From Eledone cirrhosa (taxonomy: Eukaryota), in contig OZ024744.1 in the NCBI GenBank assembly GCA_964016885.1, forward strand, positions 13,020,001 through 13,084,000: 64,000 nucleotides of DNA. The letters are read 5' to 3'. The notes beneath the pieces are model-generated. The model made no database searches, was not told the DNA's origin, and worked only from the letters and a program-made list of their open reading frames with translations. Made by a program: the position numbers and the translations under genes. Positions 55,900-64,000 of this stretch are shown piece after piece (the first letter of the stretch is position 1; each line of letters opens with the position of its first letter).

Positions 55900-58800
55900 A
55901 AAGCCACTCTCTAAATTGAGAGATCACAACTCAAATAATATGGACATGGGGTTTGAATGTCTCAGTAGATCAGAGAGTCACTCCAGTTAAAGCTACTCTC
56001 TAAATTGAGAGATCACAACTCCAATACTATGGACATGGGGTTTGAATGTCTCAGTAGATCAGAGAGTCACTCCAGTTGAAGCTACTCTGTAAATTGAAAC
56101 ATCACAACTCCAATACTATGGACATGTGATTAGAATGTCTCAGTACATCAGAGAGTCACTCCAGTTAAAGCTACCCTCGAAATTGAGACATCACATCTCC
56201 AATACTATGGACTTGTGGTTAAAATGTCTCAGTAGATAAGAGTGTCACTCCAGTTAAAGCTAATCTCTAAATTGAGAGATAACAACTCCAGTACTATGGA
56301 CATTGTGTTTGAATGTCTCAGTAGATCAGAGAGTCACTCCAGTTAAAGCTACACTCTAAATTGAGAGATCACAACTCCAATACTATGGACATGTGGTTAA
56401 AATGTCTCAGTAGATCAGAGTGTCACTCCAGTTAAAGCTACTCTCTAAATTGAGAGATCACAACTCCAATACTATGGACATGGTGTTTGAATGTCTCAGT
56501 AGATCAGAGAGTCACTCCAGTTGAAGCTACTCCTCTCTAAATTGAGAGCTCAGAATTCCAATACTATGGACATGTGGTTAGAATGTCTCAGTAGATCAGA
56601 GAGTCATTCCAGTTAAAGCCACTCTCTAAATTGAGAGATCACATCTCCCATACTATGGACGTGTGGTTAGAATGTCTCAGTAGATCAGAGAATCACTCCA
56701 GTTAGAGCTACTCTCTAAATTGAGAGATCACAACTCCCTAACTATGGACATGTGGTTAGCATGTCTCAGTAGATCAGAGAGTCATTCCAGTTAAAGCCAC
56801 TCTCTAAATTGAGAGATCACATCTCCCATACTATGGACGTGTGGTTAGAATGTCTCAGTAGATCAGAGAATCACTCCAGTTAGAGCTACTCTCTAAATTG
56901 AGAGATCACAACTCCCTAACTATGGACATGTGGTTAGAATGTCTCAGTAGATCAGAGTGTCACTCCAGTTAAAGCCACTCTCTAAATTGAGAGATCACAA
57001 CTCAAATAATATGGACATGGGGTTTGAATGTCTCAGTAGATCAGAGAGTCACTCCAGTTAAAGCAACTCTCTAAATTGAGAGATCACAACTCCAATACTA
57101 TGGACATGGGGTTTCAAAGTCTCAGTAGATCAGAGTGTCACTCCAGTTAAAGCTACTCTCTAAATTGAGAGATTACAACTCCAATACTATGGACATGGGG
57201 TTTGAATGTCTCAGTAGATCAGAGGGTCACTGCAGTTAAAGCTACTCTCTAAATTGAGAGATCACAACTCCAATACTCTGGACATGTGGTTAGAATGTCT
57301 CAGTAGATTAGAGTGTCACTCCAGTTAAAGCTACTCTCTAAATTGAGAGATCACAACTCCCATACTATGGACATGTGGGTAGAATGTCTCAGTAGATCAG
57401 AGAGTCACTCCAGTTAAAGCCACTCTCTAAATTGAGAGATCGCAACTCCAATACTATGGACATGTTGTTAGAATGTCTCAGTAGATCAGAGTGTCACTCC
57501 AGTTAAAGCCACTCTCTAAATTGAGAGATCACAACTTCCATACTATGGACATGGGGTTAGAATGTCTCAGTAGATCATAGATTCATTCCAGTTAAAGCTA
57601 CTCTCTAAATTGAGAGATGACAACTCCAATACTATGGATATGTGGTTAGAATGTCTCAGTAGATCAGAGAGTCACTCCAGTTAAAGCTACTCTCTAAATT
57701 GAGAGATCACAACTCCAATACTATGGACATGGGGTTTGAATGTCTCAGTAGATCAGAGAGTCACTCCAGTTGAAGCTACTCTGTAAATTGAAACATCACA
57801 ACTCCAATACTATGGACATGTGATTAGAATGTCTCAGTACATCAGAGAGTCACTCCAGTTAAAGCTACCCTCGAAATTGAGACATCACATCTCCAATACT
57901 ATGGACATGTGGTTAAAATGTCTCAGTAGATAAGAGTGTCACTCCAGTTAAAGCTACTCTCTAAATTGAGAGATAACAACTCCAGTACTATGGACATGGT
58001 GTTTGAATGTCTCAGTAGATCAGAGAGTCACTCCAGTTAAAGCTACACTCTAAATTGAGAGATCACAACTCCAATACTATGGACATGTGGTTAAAATGTC
58101 TCAGTAGATCAGAGTGTCACTCCAGTTAAAGCTACTCTCTAAATTGAGAGATCACAACTCCAATACTATAGACATGGGGTTTGAATGTCTCAGTAGATCA
58201 GAGAGTCACTCCAGTTGAAGCTACTCCTCTCTAAATTGAGAGCTCAGAATTCCAATACTATGGACATGTGGTTAGAATGTCTCAGTAGATCAGAGAGTTA
58301 TTCCAGTTAAAGCCACTCTCTAAATTGAGAGATCACATCTCCCATACTATGGACGTGTGGTTAGAATGTCTCAGTAGATCAGAGAATCACTCCAGTTAGA
58401 GCTACTCTCTAAATTGAGAGATCACAACTCCCTAACTATGGACATGTGGTTAGAATGTCTCAGTAGATCAGAGAGTCACTCCAGTTAAAGCCACTCTCTA
58501 AATTGAGAGATGAAAACACCCATACTCTGGACGTGTGGTTAGAATGTCTCAGTAGATCAGAGATCACTCCAGTTAAAACCACTCTCTAAATTGAGAGATC
58601 ACAACTCCTGTACTATGGACATGTAGTTAGAATGTCTCAGTAGATCAGAGAGTCACTCCAGTTAAAGCTACTCTCTAAATTGAGAGATCACAACTCCCAT
58701 ACTATGGACATGTGGTCAGAATGTCTCAGTAGATCAGAGAGTCACTCCAGTTAAAGCCACTCTCTAAATTGAGAGATCACAACTCCCATACTATGGACAT

Positions 58801-61800
58801 GTGGTTAGAATGTCTCAGTAGATCAGAAAGTCACTCCAGTTAAAGCTACACTCTAAATTGAGAGATCACAACTCCTATACTATGGACATGGGGTTAGAAT
58901 GTCTCAGTAGATCAGATTGTCACTCTAGTTAAAGCCACTCTCTAAATTGAGAGATAACAACTCCCATACTATGGACATGTGGTTAGAATGTCTCAGTAGA
59001 TCAGAGAGTCACTCCAGTTAAAGCTACTCTCTAAATTGAGAGATCACAACTCCCATACTATGGACATGGGGTTTGAAAGTCTCAGTAGATCAGAGATTCA
59101 CTCCAGTTAAAGCTACTCTCTAAATTGAGAGATCACAACTCCAATACTATGGACATGGGGTTTGAATGTCTCGGTAGATCAGAGAGTCACTCCAGTTAAA
59201 GATACTCTCTAAATTGAGAGATCACAACTCCCATACTATGGACATGTGGTTAGAATGTCTCATTAGATCAGAGAGTCACTCCAGTTAAATCCACTCTCTA
59301 AATTGAGAGATCACAACTCCCATACCATGGACATGTGGTTAGAATGTCTCAGTAGATCAGAGAGTCACTCCAGTTAAATCTACTCTCTAAATTGAGAGAT
59401 CACAACTCCCATACTATGGACATGTGGTTAGAATGTCTCAGTAGATCAGAGAGTCACTCCAGTTAAAGCTACTCTCTAAATTGAGAGATCACAACTCCAA
59501 TACTATGGACATGTGGATAGAATGTCTCAGTAGATCAGAGAGTCACTCCAGTTAAAGCTACTCTCTAAATTTAGAGATAACAACTCCAATACTATGGACA
59601 TGGGGTTTGAATGTCTCAGTAGATCAGTGTGTCACTCCAGTTAAAGCTACTCTCTAAATTGAGAGATCACAACCCCCATACTATGGTCATGGGGTTAGAA
59701 TGTCTCAGTAGATCAGATAGTCACTCCAGTTAAATCTACTCGCTAAATTGAGAGATCACAACTCCAATACTATGGACATGTGGTTAGAATGTCTCAGTAG
59801 ATCACAGTGTCACTCCAGCTAAAGCTACTCTCTAAATTGAGAGATCACAACTCCCATACTATGGACATGTGGTTAGAATGTCTCAGTAGAACAGAGAGTC
59901 ACTCCAGTTAAAGCTACTCTCTATATTGAGAGATCACAACACCCATAATATGCACATGTGGTTAGAATGTCTCAGTTTGATCAGAGAGTCACTCCGGTTA
60001 AAGCTACTCTCTAAATTGAGAGATCACAACTCCCATACTATGGACATGAGATTAGAATGTCTCAGTAGATCAGAGAGTCATTCCAGTTAAAGCCACTCTC
60101 TAAATTGAGAGATCACATCTCCCTAACTATGGACATGTGGTTAGAATGTCTCAGTAGATCAGAGAGTCACTCCAGTTAAAGCCACTCTCTAAATTGAGAG
60201 ATGACAACACCCATACTCTGGACGTGTGGTTAGAATGTCTCAGTAGATCAGAGATCACTCCAGTTAAAACCACTCTCTAAATTGAGAGATTACGAATCCA
60301 ATACTATGGACATGTGGTTAGAATGTCTCAGTAGATAAGAGAGTCACTCCAGTTAAAGCCACTCTCTAAATTGAGAGATTACGAATCCAATACTATGGAC
60401 ATGTGGTTTGAATGTCTCAGTAGATCAGAGAGTCACTCCGGCTAAAGCTACTCTCTAAATTGAGAGATCACAACTCCCATACTATGTACATGAGGTTAGA
60501 ATGTCTCAGTAGCTCAGAGAGTCACTCCAGTTAAAGCTACTCTCTATATTGAGAGATCACAACACCCATACTATGGACATGTGGTTAGAATGTCTCAGTT
60601 TGATCAGAGAGTCACTCCAGTTAAAGCTACTCTCGAAATTGAGACATCACATCTCCAATACTATGGACATGTGGTTAAAATGTCTCAGTAGATCAGAGTG
60701 TCACTCCAATTAAAGCTACTCTCTAAATTGAGAGATCACAACTCCAGTACTATGGACATGGTGTTTGAATGTCTCAGTAGATCAGAGAGTCACTCCAGTT
60801 AAAGCTACACTCTAAATTGAGAGATCACAACTCCAATACTATGGACATGTGGTTAAAATGTCTCAGTAGATCAGAGTGTCACTCCAGTTAAAGCTACTCT
60901 CTAAATTGAGAGATCACAACTCCAATACTATGGACATGGGGTTTGAATGTCTCAGTAGATCAGAGAGTCACTTCAGTTGAAGCTACTCCTCTCTAAATAT
61001 AGAGCTCAGAATTCCAATACTATGGACATGTGGTTAGAATGTCTCAGTAGATCAGAGAGTCACTCCAGTTAAAGCTACTCTCTAAATTGAGAGATCACAA
61101 CTCCCATAATATGGACATGGTGTTTGAATGTCTCAGTAGATCAGAGAGTCACTCCAGTTAAAGCTACTCTCTAAATTGAGAGATCACAACTCCAATACTA
61201 TGGACATGGGGTTTGAATGTCTCAGTAGATCAGAGTGTCACTCCAGTTAAAGCTACTCTCTAAACTGAGAGATCACAACTCCAATACTATGGACATGGGG
61301 TTTGAATGTCTCAGTAGATTAGAGAGTCACTCCAGTTAAAGCCACTCTCTAAATTGAGAGATCACATCTCCCATACTATGGACGTGTGGTTAGAATGTCT
61401 CAGTAGATCAGAGAATCACTCCAGTTAGAGCTACTCTCTAAATTGAGAGATCACAACTCCCTAACTATGGACATGTGGTTAGAATGTCTCAGTAGATCAG
61501 AGAGTCACTCCAGTTAAAGCCACTCTCTAAATTGAGAGATGACAACTCCCATACTCTGGACGTGTGGTGAGAATGTCTCAGTAGATCAGAGATCACTCCA
61601 GTTAAAACCACTCTCTAAATTGAGAGATCACAACTCCTATACTATGGACATGTAGTTAGAATGTCTCACTAGATCAGAGAGTCACTCCAGTTAAAGCTAC
61701 TCTCTAAATTGAGAGATCACAACTCCCATACTATGGACATGTGGTTAGAATGTCTCAGTAGATCAGAGAGTCACTCCAGTTAAAGCTACTCTCTAAATTG

Positions 61801-64000
61801 AGAGATCACAACTCCCATACTATGGACATGTGGTTAGAATGTCTCAGTAGATCAGAGTGTCACTCCAGTTAAAGCCACTCTCTAAATTTAGAGATCACAA
61901 CTCCCTAACTATGGACATGTGGTTAGAATGTCTCAGTAGATCAGAGAGTCACTCCAGTTAAAGCCATTCTCTAAATTGAGAGATGACAACTCCCATACTC
62001 TGGACGTGTGGTGAGAATGTCTCAGTAGATCAGAGATCACTCCAGTTAAAACCACCCTCTAAATTGAGAGATCACAACTCCAATACTATGGACATGTGGT
62101 TAGAATGTCTCAGTAGATCAGAGTGTCACTCCAGTTAAAGCCACTCTCTAAATTGAGAGATCACAACTTCCATACTATGGACATGTGGTTAGAATGTCTC
62201 AGTAGATCAGAGAGTCACTCCAGTTAAAGCTACTCTCTAAATTGAGAGATAACAACTCCAATACTATGGACATGGGGTTTGAATGTCTCAGTAGATCACA
62301 GTGTCACTCCAGCTAAAGCTACTCTCTAAATTGAGAGATCACAACTCCCATACTATGGACATGTGGTTAGAATGTCTCAGTAGAACAGAGAGTCACTCCA
62401 GTTAAAGCTACTCTCTATATTGAGAGATCACAACACCCATACTATGGACATGTGTTTAGAATGTCTCAGTTTGATCAGAGAGTCACTCCAGTTAAAGCTA
62501 CTCTGTAAATTGAAACATCACAACTCCAATACTATGGACATGTGGTTAGAATGTCTCAGGAGATCAGAGAGTCACTCCAGTTAAAGCCACCTTCTAAATT
62601 GAGAGATCACAACTCCAATACTATGGTCATGTGGTTAGAATGTCTCAGTAGATCAGAGAGTCACTCCAGTTAAAGCTACTCTCGAAATTGAGACATCACA
62701 TCTCCAATAATATGGACATGTGCTTAGAATGTCTCAGTAGATCAGAGTCACTCCAGTTAAAGCTACTCTCTAAATTGAGAGATCACAACTCCCATACTAT
62801 GGACATGGTGTTTGAATGTGTCAGTAGATCAGAGAGTCACTCCAGTTAAAGCTACTCTCTAAATTGAGAGATCACAACTCCAATACTATGGACATGGGGT
62901 TTGAATGTCTCAGTAGATCAGAGTGTCACTCCAGTTAAAGCCACTCTCTAAATTGAGAGATCACAACTCCAATACTATGGACATGTGGTTAGAATGTCTC
63001 AGTAGATCAGAGAGTCACTTCAGTTAAAGCCACTCTCTAAATTGAGAGATCACAACTCCAATACTATGGACATCAGGTTAGAATGTCTCAGTAGATCAGA
63101 GTGTCACTCCAGTTAAAGCCACTCTCTAAATTGAGAGATCACAACTTCCATACTATGGACATGTGGTTAGAATGTCTCAGTAGATCACAGAGTCACTCCA
63201 GTTAAAGCTACTCTCTAAATTGAGAGATCACAACTCCCATACTATGGACATGGGGTTTGAATGTCTCAGTAGATCAGATAGTCACTCCAGTTAAAGCTAC
63301 TCTCTAAATTGAGAGATCACAACTCCAATACTATGGACATGTGGTTAGAATGTCTCAGTAGATCAGAGAGTCACTCCAGTTAAAGCTACTCTCTAAATTG
63401 AGAGATAACAACTCTAATACTATGGACATGGGGTTTGAATGTCTCAGTAGATCAGTGTGTCACTCCAGTTAAAGCTACTCTCTAAATTGAGAGATCACAA
63501 CTCCCATACTATGGTCATGGGGTTAGAATGTCTCAGTAGATCAGATAGTCACTCCAGTTAAATCTACTCGCTAAATTGAGAGATCACAACTCCCATACTA
63601 TGGACATGTGGTTAGAATGTCTCAGTAGAACAGAGAGTCACTCCAGTTAAAGCTACTCTCTATATTGAGAGATCACAACACCCATACTATGGACATGTGG
63701 TTAGAATGTCTCAGTTTGATCAGAGAGTCACTCCAGTTAAAGCTACTCTGTAAATTGAAACATCACAACTCCAATACTATGGACATGTGGTTAGAATGTC
63801 TCAGTAGATCAGAGAGTCACTCCAGTTAAAGCCACTCTCTAAATTGAGAGATCATAACTCCAATACTATGGACATGTGGTTAGAATGTCTCAGTAGATCA
63901 GAGAGTCACTCCAGTTAAAGCTACTCTCTAAATTGAGAGATCACAACTCCCATAATATGGACATGGTGTTTGAATGTCTCAGTAGATCAGAGAGTCACTC
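55900..64000 (+). repeat. Diverged sub-array of the same satellite with its own variant set
   Basis: Variants not seen upstream: CTGTAAATTGAAACATC (about 56087, 57781, 62503, 63748), +3 GCTACTCCTCTC (about 56531, 58226, 60988), CCCTAACT, +1 CAGTTTGATC, -1 AGAGATCACTCC. About 12 of the ~29 length-variant monomers lie in these 8 kb. Confidence 0.8.
55980..58480 (+). repeat. Duplication at a 19-monomer offset with an internal 2-monomer (178 bp) duplication
   Basis: GCTACTCTGT 56081/57775 (1694 = 19x89+3); GAGTCATTCC 56601/56779 (178 bp) with matching GGACGTG, GAATCAC, TTAGAGCT and CCCTAACT. Confidence 0.85.

Larger units (their letters stand above)
1..64000 (+). repeat. 89-bp tandem satellite DNA array (about 719 monomers, head-to-tail, single orientation), probably centromeric/pericentromeric heterochromatin
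   Basis: The monomer start AAAGC(T/C)ACTCTCTAAATTGAGAG recurs every 89 bp (e.g. 4091 and 4981 = 10x89). The phase holds to 63917 (718x89 + 14 bp net indels). No unique sequence was seen anywhere. The centromeric interpretation is inference. Confidence 0.98.

Noticed and set aside
1-64000. CRISPR-like array (regular period, palindromic segments)
   Set aside because: There are no unique spacers, the whole 89-bp unit is repeated, and there are no cas genes or leader.
1-64000. Repetitive protein-coding gene (e.g. zinc-finger or mucin-type array)
   Set aside because: 89 is not a multiple of 3, stop codons recur in every monomer, and the ORF track has nothing longer than 75 aa.
1-64000. Tandem tRNA, 5S rRNA or other ncRNA gene array
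   Set aside because: No cloverleaf, no Pol III A/B boxes (no GTTCGA in the consensus), no oligo-T terminator, and no 5S similarity that I can recognise.
1-64000. Embedded transposon, inversion or unique island
   Set aside because: The monomer phase and orientation could be followed to the end with indels of only 1-4 bp, and the net indel sum matches the final phase.
1-64000. Variant pattern as an information-encoding or programmed diversification system
   Set aside because: The ordered variants are adequately explained by nested duplication and conversion, and no enzyme gene or template/target arrangement is present.

Overview
The whole 64-kb window is one uninterrupted, head-to-tail, single-orientation tandem satellite array. 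The monomer is 89 bp (consensus AAAGCTACTCTCTAAATTGAGAGATCACAACTCCCATACTATGGACATGTGGTTAGAATGTCTCAGTAGATCAGAGAGTCACTCCAGTT, about 40% GC, no CpG; exact copy at 1778-1866). By manual phase count there are 718 complete monomers plus one partial (the last starts at 63917; I found about 29 length-variant monomers with a net +14 bp, which matches that phase). I see no genes, RNA genes, transposons, inversions or CRISPR spacers, and both listed ORFs are translations of the satellite. The informative structure lies in the variant pattern: nested block duplications of about 2, 7, 8, 13, 19, 26-29, 40-42, 46-52 and 59-63 monomers, a recurring ordered cassette of monomer subtypes, rare variants shared over 20-53 kb, and a switch near 54-56 kb to a more diverged, indel-rich sub-array. 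The pattern is typical of eukaryotic centromeric or pericentromeric heterochromatin. I cannot identify the species or satellite family, and I find no support for a novel gene-based system. All offsets were counted by eye and block edges are approximate.
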